Below, in pieces: positions 53,257 to 63,493 of a stretch of DNA of 64,000 nt (the first letter of the stretch is position 1; each line of letters starts with the position of its first letter). The DNA comes from an uncultured Chloroflexia bacterium. GTDB lineage: Bacteria > Chloroflexota > Limnocylindria > Limnocylindrales > CSP1-4. The notes beneath the pieces were generated by a model. The model made no database searches, was not told the DNA's origin, and saw only the letters and a program-made list of their open reading frames with translations. The stretch spans positions 448,001 to 512,000 of the forward strand of contig CAVVYR010000008.1 of assembly GCA_963752475.1 (NCBI GenBank). Direction: 5' to 3'. The position numbers and the translations under genes were made by a program.

Positions 53257-54372
53257 ATGGATCGTGCCGCCGAGCCTATCGCGCCCGGCGGCACCTTCCT
53301 GACTCGCGGCCACGCCGCGGCTCTGGCGGCGGTCGCACGCGCCGTCGTCAGCGAGCATCCGCCGCATGCCCTGCTGCTGGTGGGGCCTCGCGGCGTGGGC
53401 AAGACCACGCTGGCGCTCGATCTCGCGGCCGGTCTGCTGTGTCTGGATCACGAGCCGGCTGACCGCCCCTGCCGTGACTGCTCGGCCTGCCGCAAGGTGG
53501 CCACCGACAACCATGCCGACCTCCACCTCGTCGAGCCTGAGGGCGCGGGTGAGCAGATCCGTATCAGCCAGGTGCAGGGGCTGGCATCCGAGTTGGCGCT
53601 GACGGCCATGGAAGGCCGATTTCGTATCGCCGTCATCACCTCCGCCCAGCGACTCAACCCCGATGCTCAGAACGCGCTGCTCAAGACCCTCGAAGAGCCA
53701 GGTCCGGCGACTTGCCTGGTGCTCTGCGCGGACGATGCCGCACCCCTGCTGCCCACGGTCATCTCCAGGGCTGCCCGCCTACGCCTCGCGCCCACGCCCA
53801 TCGGTGCCCTTACCGAACTGCTGATCGAGGAAGACCGCGCCCAACCGGCGCAGGCGCGTGCTCTGGCCATCGCTTCCGGCGGACGGACCGGACTGGCCCT
53901 CCGGCTGTCGACGCAGCCGGAAGCCGTCATCGCCCGCGCTCGCATCAGCCACACGCTGCTCGAGCTCAGCACGGCCGACCGACGAGCGCGTCTCGAGGCC
54001 GCAGCCGATCTCATCACCGACGGGGCCGCGGTCGACGCCGCCTTGCGCGGCGAGGTGGCCCCCTCGGGCAAGAAGCTGCAGCCGGTCGAGCGCCGTCGGG
54101 CAGTGACGCTCGTCATCGATGTCTGGCGCGACCTCGGGCGCGACCTCGCGATGGCCGCCCAAGGGGCGGGGCAAGGCGTCCGCGACCTCGACCAGCTCGA
54201 GGGGCTGCTCGATATCGGATCACGCATGGATCTGGGCACCTTGCGGCGTTTCCTCGACCGTCTCGACCGTCTGGCGCTGGCCATCGAGGGCTACGCCAGC
54301 CCTGAGCTGACGCTGGATGCGCTGCTGTTGACGTGGCCGCACCCGCGCTCTGGCGGGAAGGCCGCCGCATGA
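53257..54372 (+). CDS. holB: DNA polymerase III delta' subunit
   Basis: HALLLVGPRGVGK, LLC..PCRDCSAC, AQNALLKTLEEP, LLPTVISR. Confidence 0.9.
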   Translation: MDRAAEPIAPGGTFLTRGHAAALAAVARAVVSEHPPHALLLVGPRGVGKTTLALDLAAGLLCLDHEPADRPCRDCSACRKVATDNHADLHLVEPEGAGEQIRISQVQGLASELALTAMEGRFRIAVITSAQRLNPDAQNALLKTLEEPGPATCLVLCADDAAPLLPTVISRAARLRLAPTPIGALTELLIEEDRAQPAQARALAIASGGRTGLALRLSTQPEAVIARARISHTLLELSTADRRARLEAAADLITDGAAVDAALRGEVAPSGKKLQPVERRRAVTLVIDVWRDLGRDLAMAAQGAGQGVRDLDQLEGLLDIGSRMDLGTLRRFLDRLDRLALAIEGYASPELTLDALLLTWPHPRSGGKAAA

Positions 54373-54671
54373 GTTCGCCCGAGCGGCGACTCGTGGCCAT
54401 CGTCCGCGGCATGGTCCAGGGCGTCGGATTCCGCTGGTTCGTGCAGCGCGAGGCGGGGCGGCTCGGCCTCGACGGCTGGGTCGCCAACCAGGCCGACGGC
54501 TCGGTCGAGGTGGTGGTGGAGGGCTCGGAGGCTGCGCTCGGCGAGCTCGTGCTGATGCTGTGGGAGGGTCCTCCGGGCGCGTCGGTCGGTGGCGTCGACG
54601 TGCGCCATGAACCCGCACGCGGCAACATCGCCGGCTTCACCATCCGCAGCGGTGCACATCGCGGTGACTGA
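54369..54671 (+). CDS. acyP: Acylphosphatase
   Basis: VRGMVQGVGFR, GWVANQADGSVE, GPP. Confidence 0.95.
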   Translation: MSSPERRLVAIVRGMVQGVGFRWFVQREAGRLGLDGWVANQADGSVEVVVEGSEAALGELVLMLWEGPPGASVGGVDVRHEPARGNIAGFTIRSGAHRGD

Positions 54672-54983
54672 GGGCTCGAGCGGTCGCTGCCACCGGCTTC
54701 AGCGCGCGGCAATGGGATCTGCCCGACCTTGGCGTAGGCGCCTTCGAACGCAGCGTGCTGCCGGCGATGACCGACCACGACGAGCCAGCCACCGTTCCGC
54801 GGTCTCGTTCGCGGGCACCATCACGCAGGGCGTGTCCGGCCTCGGGAAGTTCGGCATCCCTGGCAACTCGACGGTGATGCTGCACTTGACGAAGGCCCGC
54901 TCACCGGGTACCGCACCGCCGAGCATCGCAAGCCACTGCGCGCGCTGCTCGGAGATGTGCTCGGCTAGGCTATCGTGACTGCC

Positions 54984-57900
54984 ATGGACTTCCGCATCGC
55001 CCGTCCGGCCCGTGACCGCTATGGCTTCGACGAAAGCCTCTTCTCGAGTGACGGAGACGCCATCGTCTTCGACCCCGCCCGCGCCATCGCGCTGGCTGAG
55101 CGCTTCGTCGACGAGGACGCCGACCGTGCCCGGGCGGCCTCGGAGATCGCTGCCATCGGCCTCATCCATGAGCTGGGTCACCGTGCTGTCTCGGTAGAGC
55201 GTCGGGGTGACCCCGTCGGTGGCGGTCCGATGGCCCGTGGACTTGCCGAGCTCGACTCACGCGTCGGTGAGGACGCGGTCGATGAGGGACTCTCGAACTA
55301 CGAGACCGCGTTCCCGGCCCTGCCCGTCTACCGCGACGAGGTGCCGGTCGGTGAGTGGCTGGCGCGGCCCAAGAGCGACGTACCCGGTCGCGAGGCGGCA
55401 CTCGAGGAGCTGGCCTTGACGAGCATCGCAGCGCGCAATCCGGCCGCCGCGCCCTATCGCGAGTTGACCTCCGACCCATCGCTCACGGAGTCGACCCAGA
55501 AGCGATTGCTCGACGCTGTGGCCGGTGCCGACCTCGACCCTGACGACCCGGACCTTGAGCGAAAGGCACCCGCGCACACGCTGTGGCAGCGCCTCATCGA
55601 ACCGATGGAGACGGCGCCCCAGTCGCTGGCCGCCCAACTGCGCTGGATCCGCATCCATTGGGCCGGCTGGCTCGACGATGCCGACCTGCTGCACATCGAC
55701 CGCCAGCTGGGTGTGCTCGACGAGATCGATCGCCTGGCGTGGCTGCGGGCGCAGGGTGGCCCAGGCAGCGGCGACCAGGCCGACTCGGCGGCGCTGTCGG
55801 GCTTCGGCGGCTTCGACGACGAACCGGAGGCCTTCAGCGAGGACCGCGACTGGATGGCCGAGCTCGTGCTCGTGGCCAAGTCCACCTACGTCTGGCTCTC
55901 GCAGCTCTCTCGCGACTACGGCCGTGAGATCACGCGTCTCGACCAGATCCCGGACGAGGAGCTCGACGAGCTGCGTGCGCGGGGCTTCAGCGGGCTCTGG
56001 CTGATCGGCCTCTGGGAGCGCAGCCCGGCCTCTCGGAAGATCAAGCAATGGCGCGGTAATCCTGACGCCATGGCCTCGGCCTACTCGGTGGCTGACTACC
56101 GCATCGCCGACGAGCTGGGAGGTGACCCGGCTTGGCAGAACCTGCGCGATCGTGCGGCCGCACGCGGCATCCGCCTGGCCGCGGACATGGTGCCCAACCA
56201 CATGGGCATCGACTCCACTTGGGTCGTGGAGCGCCCCGACTTGTTCATCTCCACGCCGTACCCCCCGTTCGAGTCGTACTCCTTCACGGGTGATGATCTC
56301 TCGAGCGACGACCGTGTCGTCATCCAACTGGAGGATCACTACTGGGACTCGTCGGATGCGGCGGTCGTCTTCAAGCGCATCGACAAGGCCTCGGGCGAGG
56401 AGCGCTACATCTACCACGGCAACGACGGCACCAGCTTCCCCTGGAACGACACGGCGCAACTGGACTACCTCAGGGAGGAGGTGCGCGAGGCTGTCATCGG
56501 CCAGATCCTCGAGGTCGCGCGCCGGTTCAACGTGATCCGCTTCGACGCTGCCATGGTCCTGGCCCGACGTCACATCCAGCGCTTGTGGTACCCGCTGCCG
56601 GGTCACGAGGCCGGGATCCCCTCACGCTCGGTCGCGGCCGTGCCGGCCGACGAGCTGCGACGGCTGATGCCGCAGGAGTTCTGGCGCGAGGTCGTCGACC
56701 GGGTCGCCCAAGAGGTGCCGGACACGCTCCTACTGGCCGAGGCCTTCTGGCTCATGGAGGGCTACTTCGTGCGCACCCTGGGCATGCACCGCGTGTACAA
56801 CAGCGCCTTCATGCACATGCTGCGGGACGAGAAGAACGCGGAGTACCAGCAGGTCATCCGCGAGACCGTCCAGTTCGACGCACGCATCCTGGGCCGCTAC
56901 GTCAACTTCATGAACAATCCCGACGAGCGCTCGGCCGTCGATCAGTTCGGTAGTCATGATAAGTACTTCGGTGTAGCGACGCTGCTGGCCACGCTGCCGG
57001 GCCTGCCCATGTTCGGCCACGGCCAGTTCGAGGGCTACAGCGAGCAGTACGGGATGGAGTTTCGCCGGCCGCAGCGTGACGAGTGGCCCGATCAAGGGCT
57101 CGTCGAGCGGCACCGTCGGGAGATCAGCCCGCTTCTGCACGAGCGCTGGCGCTTCTCCGGCGCTGCCGGCTTCCGCCAACTCACCGCACTCGAAGGTGGG
57201 GGAGCGACCCACGATGTCTTTACGTATGCTAACGATGCGGAGAACGGGCCCCGGGGCGCGATGGAGAAGCGCTCGCTGGTGGTCTATCTCAACCGCTACC
57301 CGCGGGCGCACGTGCGCATCCCCGGCGTGGCCGAGGCACTGAGCCTGGGCTTCGAGCGTGACGGCTACGTCATCCTTCGCGATCACCAGACCGGGCTGGA
57401 CTACCTGCGCCAGCTCGCTGACCTGCGACAGAACGGCCTCGAGCTGGAGCTCGATGGCTACGGCTGCCATGTCTTCCTTGCCTTCGAGGAGGTCTCCGAC
57501 GCCGGTGGTGCCGGTTGGGCCGAGCTGGCCCAGCGCCAGGGCTTGGCCGGCATGCCCGACGCCCACGCGGCGCTGCGCCGGATGCGGGACGAGCCGGTCC
57601 GCGAGGCCGTGCGCGCGGTCTTCGCCACGCGCGTGGCCGAGGAAGCATTCCTGCCGGATGTCTCGGGTGAGCCCGATACACACGCCGGCGCCGACGCTGC
57701 CCGGAGCGCGCTCACGACCGCGTTCGAGCGACTAGCCTCGGTCGTCGGCTCGCAGACTGACGTCACCGGCACCGCCATCGAGACGGCGCGTGTGGCTGCG
57801 AGCGTGCGTACGGTCCGCCCTCGCCTGCTGGCCCAGGCGTTGGCCGGCTGGACCATCTTCAGCGCCATCGGCAGCGTCGCTTGCGACGGTCATGCCGGCC

Positions 57901-58298
57901 GCACCAGCGACGTCTTCGGAGCCTGGGATGGCGCCGACGCGGTCGGTGATCTTGCGCGCAGGTCGGGGACCGGCGATGCGCAGGCATGGCGGGCGGCCGA
58001 GCTGGCTCATGCACTGCTTGCCATCGAGCCCGGCCAGCTGCTTGAGGCGGCGGACGCTGACGGACTGCCGGCCGCGTGGTTCGAGATCCCGGCCGTGCGT
58101 GCCGCGACCGGCTGGAACCAGTGGGAAGGTGCAACGTACATCTCGGCCGAAGCCTGGGACCAGTTCGTCGATGCCCTCGCCGAACGAGAGATGCTACTCG
58201 ACCTGCCGGGTGCCAGCGACCATGCTGCTGAGCTGCGGCGACGCGCGGCAGAGGCCTCGTACCAGATCGACGCCACGGACGATCGCGACGCACGATGA
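54984..58298 (+). CDS. Large GH13 alpha-amylase-family protein
   Basis: ADMVPNH, IRFDAAM (nucleophile), LAEAFW (acid/base), NNPDE; alternative GTG start at 54975. Confidence 0.85.
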   Translation: MDFRIARPARDRYGFDESLFSSDGDAIVFDPARAIALAERFVDEDADRARAASEIAAIGLIHELGHRAVSVERRGDPVGGGPMARGLAELDSRVGEDAVDEGLSNYETAFPALPVYRDEVPVGEWLARPKSDVPGREAALEELALTSIAARNPAAAPYRELTSDPSLTESTQKRLLDAVAGADLDPDDPDLERKAPAHTLWQRLIEPMETAPQSLAAQLRWIRIHWAGWLDDADLLHIDRQLGVLDEIDRLAWLRAQGGPGSGDQADSAALSGFGGFDDEPEAFSEDRDWMAELVLVAKSTYVWLSQLSRDYGREITRLDQIPDEELDELRARGFSGLWLIGLWERSPASRKIKQWRGNPDAMASAYSVADYRIADELGGDPAWQNLRDRAAARGIRLAADMVPNHMGIDSTWVVERPDLFISTPYPPFESYSFTGDDLSSDDRVVIQLEDHYWDSSDAAVVFKRIDKASGEERYIYHGNDGTSFPWNDTAQLDYLREEVREAVIGQILEVARRFNVIRFDAAMVLARRHIQRLWYPLPGHEAGIPSRSVAAVPADELRRLMPQEFWREVVDRVAQEVPDTLLLAEAFWLMEGYFVRTLGMHRVYNSAFMHMLRDEKNAEYQQVIRETVQFDARILGRYVNFMNNPDERSAVDQFGSHDKYFGVATLLATLPGLPMFGHGQFEGYSEQYGMEFRRPQRDEWPDQGLVERHRREISPLLHERWRFSGAAGFRQLTALEGGGATHDVFTYANDAENGPRGAMEKRSLVVYLNRYPRAHVRIPGVAEALSLGFERDGYVILRDHQTGLDYLRQLADLRQNGLELELDGYGCHVFLAFEEVSDAGGAGWAELAQRQGLAGMPDAHAALRRMRDEPVREAVRAVFATRVAEEAFLPDVSGEPDTHAGADAARSALTTAFERLASVVGSQTDVTGTAIETARVAASVRTVRPRLLAQALAGWTIFSAIGSVACDGHAGRTSDVFGAWDGADAVGDLARRSGTGDAQAWRAAELAHALLAIEPGQLLEAADADGLPAAWFEIPAVRAATGWNQWEGATYISAEAWDQFVDALAEREMLLDLPGASDHAAELRRRAAEASYQIDATDDRDAR

Positions 58299-58990
58299 GC
58301 GGCGATCGCCTCGGCGATCTCGTCGCTGACATCACTACCTGCCGCCGCTGTCCGCGCTTGGTCGAGTGGCGCGAGGAGGTGGCGCGCACGAAGGTCGCGC
58401 GCCACCGCGACTCGGTCTACTGGGGTCGCCCGGTGCCTGGGTTCGGCGACCCGGAGGCTCGCCTGCTCGTGCTGGGACTGGCGCCGGCAGCCCACGGAGC
58501 CAACCGCACTGGACGCGTATTCACCGGCGACAACCCCGGCGGCTCCGGGGAGATCCTCTACGAGGCGCTGTATCGAGCGGACTACTCTCCGCGACCCCGC
58601 TCGATGGGCCCAGCCGACGACCTCAAGCTGCAGGACTGCTACATCGCCGCGGTCAACCGCTGTGCGCCACCGGCCAACAAGCCCACCACCGAGGAGCGGG
58701 ACAACTGCATCCCGTTCCTCGCACGCGAGCTGCGGCTGCTGGCGCGCGCGCGCGTCATCCTCGTGCTTGGCGGCTATGCCTGGGACGCGACCTTGCGCGT
58801 ACTCGCCGGTGAGGGACACAAGCTCACGCCGAAGCCGAAGTTCGGGCACGGCGCGGAGGCTGCGGTCGGGCCCTACACGCTCGTGGGCTGTTATCACCCC
58901 AGCCAGCAGAACATGTTCACCGGTCGGCTCACGACGGACATGCTCGACGAGGTGCTGGCGCGTGCACGGGACCTGGTGGAGTCCCCGTAG
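58295..58990 (+). CDS. Uracil-DNA glycosylase family 5 (UdgB-like, [4Fe-4S])
   Basis: CRRCPRL, GLAPAAHGANRTGRVFTGD, RCAPPANKP, YHPSQQN. Confidence 0.93.
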   Translation: MSGDRLGDLVADITTCRRCPRLVEWREEVARTKVARHRDSVYWGRPVPGFGDPEARLLVLGLAPAAHGANRTGRVFTGDNPGGSGEILYEALYRADYSPRPRSMGPADDLKLQDCYIAAVNRCAPPANKPTTEERDNCIPFLARELRLLARARVILVLGGYAWDATLRVLAGEGHKLTPKPKFGHGAEAAVGPYTLVGCYHPSQQNMFTGRLTTDMLDEVLARARDLVESP

Positions 58991-59114
58991 CCGAGTAGAT
59001 CGGCCGTGACATTTGGTCATCGCTGCGCTATACCTTTCCCAAGGGCTGTGAAGAGGGAAGGCAGAGTGCCAGGCCGGGGGGTCCGGTCCAGTGGACTCGC
59101 AGGAGATCATCGAG

Positions 59115-60350
59115 ATGACCCCCAGGAAGACCGTTGTGCTCATCGCAGCGTCAGCGTTGGCTGTGGCGCTGGCGGCTCCGGTATCGGCCCAGCCCACCAT
59201 CGAGGTCGTGGCCGAGGGCTTGCATGCCCCCAGAGGGCTGGCCGTAGCCGGCGACGGCAGCCTGCTCGTGGCTGAGGCCGGCCAGGCCGGCGACGTTTGC
59301 CCCGAGATGGCCGCAGGCTTCTGCTTTGGTGCGTCCGGCTCCATCGCACACATCAGCGACGGCAGCGTCGAGCGCATCATCGAGGGTCTGCCGTCCTCTG
59401 GCTCCGGCCCCGAGCTGGTGGGTCCGTCCGACGTGGCCATGGTCGATGAGGACCACTTCTACGTGGTCGTGAACAGCGGTGCCGACCCGGCTATGCGCGA
59501 GGGCCTGCCTCCGGAGATGTCCGCTATGGGCTGGCTTGTGATGGGCTCCAGCGACGGCAGCTCAAAGCCGGTCGCAGATGTCGCCGGTTTCGAGTCGACC
59601 GATGATCCTGACGCGGAGTACTCGGGCGGCGTGCCCGACGCCAACCCACACTCCGTGGCCCTCGCTGCGGATGGCAGCGTGGTCGTGGCCGATGCCGGCC
59701 AGAACGCGCTGCTGGGTGTGGACGACGCCGGCACGGTCTCGCTCATCACGCTCTTCCCGCCCCGCGAGCACCTGTTCTCGGCCGAGCTGATGGCGGCGAT
59801 GGGCCCACCACCGGAGGTCGATGGCGAGATGGCGGCGGAGGGTGAGGCCATGGCCGAGGGCGCTGAGATGGGCGAAGCCGACGAGATGGCCGAGGCTCCA
59901 CCGGAGGGCGCGATGGTCCCGGTCCCGGTCGAGTCCGTGCCGACGGCCGTCGTGCTCGGACCCGATGGTGCCTACTACGTCGGAGAGCTCACGGGCGGCC
60001 CGTTTCCGGTCGGCGGCGCGAGCGTTTGGCGCGTGGTCCCGGGCGAGGAACCCACCGAGTATGCGACCGGGCTCACCAACATCATGGACCTTGGCTTCGG
60101 TCCCGACGGTACGCTCTACGTGGCTGAGATCGTGCACGAGGGCTTGATGCCTCTCTTCATGGGTGGCGACGTTGCGCCGATCGGCGCGGTCATGAGCGTT
60201 CCATCCGGCGGCGGAGCGGCCGCGGTCCTCGCTACGGGCCCGGAGCTGATGGCCCTCGGCGGTCTGGCCGTCGGTGACGATGGCGCCATCTACGTCAGCG
60301 CCAACACGCTTGGCCCCGAGGGCGGCACGGTCGTCAAGATCACTCCCTAG
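59115..60350 (+). CDS. Secreted ScyD/ScyE-like beta-propeller protein
   Basis: Signal peptide; PRGLA..LLVAEAG, ANP..V..DAG.N, ESVPT..GPDGAYYVGELTG.PF. Confidence 0.75.
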   Translation: MTPRKTVVLIAASALAVALAAPVSAQPTIEVVAEGLHAPRGLAVAGDGSLLVAEAGQAGDVCPEMAAGFCFGASGSIAHISDGSVERIIEGLPSSGSGPELVGPSDVAMVDEDHFYVVVNSGADPAMREGLPPEMSAMGWLVMGSSDGSSKPVADVAGFESTDDPDAEYSGGVPDANPHSVALAADGSVVVADAGQNALLGVDDAGTVSLITLFPPREHLFSAELMAAMGPPPEVDGEMAAEGEAMAEGAEMGEADEMAEAPPEGAMVPVPVESVPTAVVLGPDGAYYVGELTGGPFPVGGASVWRVVPGEEPTEYATGLTNIMDLGFGPDGTLYVAEIVHEGLMPLFMGGDVAPIGAVMSVPSGGGAAAVLATGPELMALGGLAVGDDGAIYVSANTLGPEGGTVVKITP

Positions 60351-60374
60351 CCCCGAGGTTCACCCGCGATCGAC

Positions 60375-60403
60375 GACGGCTCGCCCCTCCGGGGCGGGCC
60401 GTC
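60375..60403. terminator. Stem-loop between convergent genes
   Basis: GACGGCTCGCCCC-tcc-GGGGCGGGCCGTC. Confidence 0.65.
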
Positions 60404-60417
60404 ACTTCATGTGGCGG

Positions 60418-61272
60418 CTAGCCGTCCAGGTGGCGGAAGTTCGGCCACAGCTGGAGGTCGATGTGCGGGGCCATCTCCAAGAGCTCCCGGACGTCGCCCT
60501 CCAGCGACTCCACCAGGTCGGCCGGCTCGTCGAGGGCAGCAGGGGAGGGCCGCTTCTTCGAGACGTTGTAGGCCTTGCCCAGGTCCTCGGGCGGCGGCAC
60601 CCAGTCGTCAAGCTCGAGGAACTCCAGCGTGCGCTGGTACTCGGCCGCCGGATCCTGCAGGCACTTCTCGAACTGCAGCACGAGCAGGCGGTCCAGCCCG
60701 TAGGCCTCCACGTACGGTCGCAGCGCGAAGGCGTAGAACGAGCGGGCGTAAGCATCCTTGCGGCCGGCCCACAGGTTCAGCCGCTTGCCACGCCGCTCCT
60801 TGTGCTTCTGCCACTGACCCACACCCGAGCGGTAGCGTTCGACGGGATCCCGTAGCAGCACCACCAGCTTGGCCTTCGGGGCCACGGCCTTCATCGCTTC
60901 GACCACGCCCGGCACGTTCATATACCGCGGCGTCCACTCGCCGACCATCTTGCCCTCGGGCCGGGGGAAGTAGCGGTAGTACTCCTCGCGATCGGCGTCG
61001 AACAGCGGCCGCCAGCCGAAGCGGCTCAGCTGGTGCGTCTCCTTGAGCTGCCAGCCGACCACGTCGGGGTGCTTGACGATGAGCTTCCACCAGCGGGTGG
61101 TGCCGGCCTTCTGTACGCCGATGCCGATGTAGTCGGGCGGACCCGTCGTCCAGCCCTCCTTCAGCGGTGGCGGCGGCGCACCGCTGCCCGAACGCCGTTT
61201 GCCGCTGCTGTTCGGTGCGTCCGACGATCTCCTCGGCCGGACCAGGCGCTGCACGCGTCGCTTGATGTTCAC
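60418..61272 (-). CDS. PAPS-dependent sulfotransferase
   Basis: PDYIGIGVQKAGTT (5'-PSB loop), KETH, GEWTPRY, LRDPVERYRS (3'-PB); start uncertain. Confidence 0.88.
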   Translation of the reverse strand: MNIKRRVQRLVRPRRSSDAPNSSGKRRSGSGAPPPPLKEGWTTGPPDYIGIGVQKAGTTRWWKLIVKHPDVVGWQLKETHQLSRFGWRPLFDADREEYYRYFPRPEGKMVGEWTPRYMNVPGVVEAMKAVAPKAKLVVLLRDPVERYRSGVGQWQKHKERRGKRLNLWAGRKDAYARSFYAFALRPYVEAYGLDRLLVLQFEKCLQDPAAEYQRTLEFLELDDWVPPPEDLGKAYNVSKKRPSPAALDEPADLVESLEGDVRELLEMAPHIDLQLWPNFRHLDG

Positions 61273-61329
61273 GTCTCCGAGTGTGCCATGTCCGCGGCCG
61301 GCCGCGCCGCTCCCTAGACTGAATGGTGA

Positions 61330-62631
61330 ATGCACAGGCTCCACCCGATCGTCGGCACCCTCCGACGCAACCCTGACTTCTCACGCCTCTACCTGGCGCT
61401 GCTCATCGCCTTCGCGGCCGACTGGTTCGCCACGGTCGCGCTCATCGATCTCGTCCTCGAGACGACCGATTCGGCAGCAGCAGCCTCGGTCATCCTGGTG
61501 CTGCAGATGGCGCCGTTCCTGGTGGCCACGCCTATCGCGGGCATGCTCGCCGACCGATTCGACCGACGGCTCCTGCTCACCGGCGCCAACGTCGCGCGTG
61601 GGGTCGTGTGCATCGGGTTGCTCTTCGCCGTCGATGCCGAGACGGTCTGGATCGCCTTCGCCGTGGTCGGCCTGCTGGCCTTCGGGGCGGCCTTCTTCGA
61701 GCCCACCGTCAGTGCCTCGTTGCCGAACCTCGTCGATCGGGCGGACCTGCCCACGGCCAACGCGCTCGTCGGATCGGCCTGGGGCACGATGGTCGCCTTG
61801 GGTGCGGCCATCGGCGGGGTCGTCACCGCCACCGTCGGGCGCGAGGTCACCTTCCTCATGTACCCGCTGCTCTTCTTCGCCTCGGCCGCGCTGGTGTGGA
61901 CGGTCCGACGCTCGATGCGCGAGGAACATGCCGTCGCCCCGGAGGACGCCCCTCGCGGCATCAGCGGCCTGGTCTCGACGGTCACCGAGACGCTTGCCCT
62001 GGCGCGCCGCGATCACGCCGTGGCCTCGTTGCTGTTGACGAAGCCGACCTTCGGTGTTGCCACTGGCATCGTGCACATGCTGGCCATCACCAGCGACGAC
62101 ATCTGGGGCTCCGGCCAGCTGGGCGTGGGCATCCTCTTCGCGGCTCGCGGTCTCGGTGCCATCGTGGGCCCGTTCCTGGCTCGGACCTACGCGGTCGACG
62201 ACATCAGCCGCCTGCTGCGTGGCATCAGCCTGGCCTTCGTGGTGTACCTGGTCGGGTACGCGCTGCTACCGCTTTCCCCGGTCATCTGGGCTGCGGCCGT
62301 GTTCGTCTTCGTGGGCCACGTCGGCGGCGGTGCGCAGTGGACGCTCTCGTCCTTCGGGCTCCAACGTACGACGCCGGACCGGGTACGTGGACGCGTCTTC
62401 GCCGTCGACTTCGGGATCGCCCTGGCCATCTCCTCGGTCTCGACCCTGACGGCCGGCTGGCTCGCGGGCACCATCGGCCCGATCCCGACGCTGTACGTGA
62501 TGCTGGGCGCGATGGCCATGACCGTCGGGCTCTGGTTCTGGTGGACCGGGCCCGTCCGCCGAGGCGAGGCTACACCGGTCCATGACGTGGACGAGCCACC
62601 ACCCCACGCCTCACCCGAGCCGCCGATCTAG
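61330..62631 (+). CDS. MFS transporter (DHA3/macrolide-efflux-like)
   Basis: About 12 TM segments; GMLADRFDRR motif A; TPDRVRGRVF. Confidence 0.9.
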   Translation: MHRLHPIVGTLRRNPDFSRLYLALLIAFAADWFATVALIDLVLETTDSAAAASVILVLQMAPFLVATPIAGMLADRFDRRLLLTGANVARGVVCIGLLFAVDAETVWIAFAVVGLLAFGAAFFEPTVSASLPNLVDRADLPTANALVGSAWGTMVALGAAIGGVVTATVGREVTFLMYPLLFFASAALVWTVRRSMREEHAVAPEDAPRGISGLVSTVTETLALARRDHAVASLLLTKPTFGVATGIVHMLAITSDDIWGSGQLGVGILFAARGLGAIVGPFLARTYAVDDISRLLRGISLAFVVYLVGYALLPLSPVIWAAAVFVFVGHVGGGAQWTLSSFGLQRTTPDRVRGRVFAVDFGIALAISSVSTLTAGWLAGTIGPIPTLYVMLGAMAMTVGLWFWWTGPVRRGEATPVHDVDEPPPHASPEPPI

Positions 62632-62941
62632 CGAGTGCCCAGCGGCCTCGACGGTATCGGGAGCTCAGTGGCTCCTTATCCCCTGCTGGCTGGACTCGAC
62701 CAGCCTGCGCTCCCGAGTGCACGGCTCGAGCACAGTAGAGGCTGAGACTGACGATCCGAGCCTGCTGGAGGCTGAGACGGAGCACTTCGGCCTCGATGAC
62801 GTCGAGTTCAGCCATCAGGGGATAGCCGCTGGAGCCGCGGGAGTCCTTGCCTCGGGCCACCCGGAACCAGGACGTTGCGTCGTGGCAGGACCAGCATGGA
62901 CTGACAGGGTCGTTCATCAGCGACACGCCGATGGCGCACGT

Positions 62942-62984
62942 TAGTCAACGTGGTATAGACTATCTACTGATGATTGACTATCAA
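62942..62984. promoter_or_regulatory. Probable MarR operator/promoter
   Basis: AT-rich island with two related palindromes, TAGActaTCTA (62956-62966) and TTGActaTCAA (62974-62984). Confidence 0.65.
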
Positions 62985-63004
62985 CGTAATCTCGAGCGAC
63001 TGGG

Positions 63005-63493
63005 ATGAGCGAGGCGCGCCCCGATCCCACCACCGGGCGCCTGAGCCGACTGATGCACCGGCTCGGCTCCACCCTGGGCCCATCACACGAGGACGTGGCC
63101 GATATCGATGTCCCGCGCCACCAGATGCGGGCGCTCTTCATCGTGGCCAAGCACGGTCCGCTGTCCGTCAGCGCTCTGGCCAAGGCCATCGACGCCAGCC
63201 TGGCGAGCACGTCCTCGCTGGCAGACCGCCTGGTGAAGGCCGGCTACGTGAAGCGCCAGCCCGATCCCGAAGACCGGCGACGCGTCTCGCTGATCGCCAC
63301 CGGCCGCGGTCAGGAGGCGGCTGACGCGCTCATGCGTCGCTTCCATGAGCGCTTCGAGCGACTCATCGAGGCCATGAGCCCCAAGGGACGCGAGGCACTG
63401 GAGGCCGGACTCATCGACATGATCCGCGCGGCAGAGGAGCTCGGCCTGCGCGACGACCATGACCACCCTCCCCACCCTGGAGACCAGGCATGA
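63005..63493 (+). CDS. MarR-family transcriptional regulator
   Basis: DRLVKAGYVKR..PEDRR..T..G winged-helix motif. Confidence 0.92.
   Translation: MSEARPDPTTGRLSRLMHRLGSTLGPSHEDVADIDVPRHQMRALFIVAKHGPLSVSALAKAIDASLASTSSLADRLVKAGYVKRQPDPEDRRRVSLIATGRGQEAADALMRRFHERFERLIEAMSPKGREALEAGLIDMIRAAEELGLRDDHDHPPHPGDQA

Noticed and set aside
54699-54926. Small minus-strand ORF MLGGAVPGERAFVKCSITVELPG..
   Set aside because: No RBS or recognisable family; cannot be supported from sequence alone
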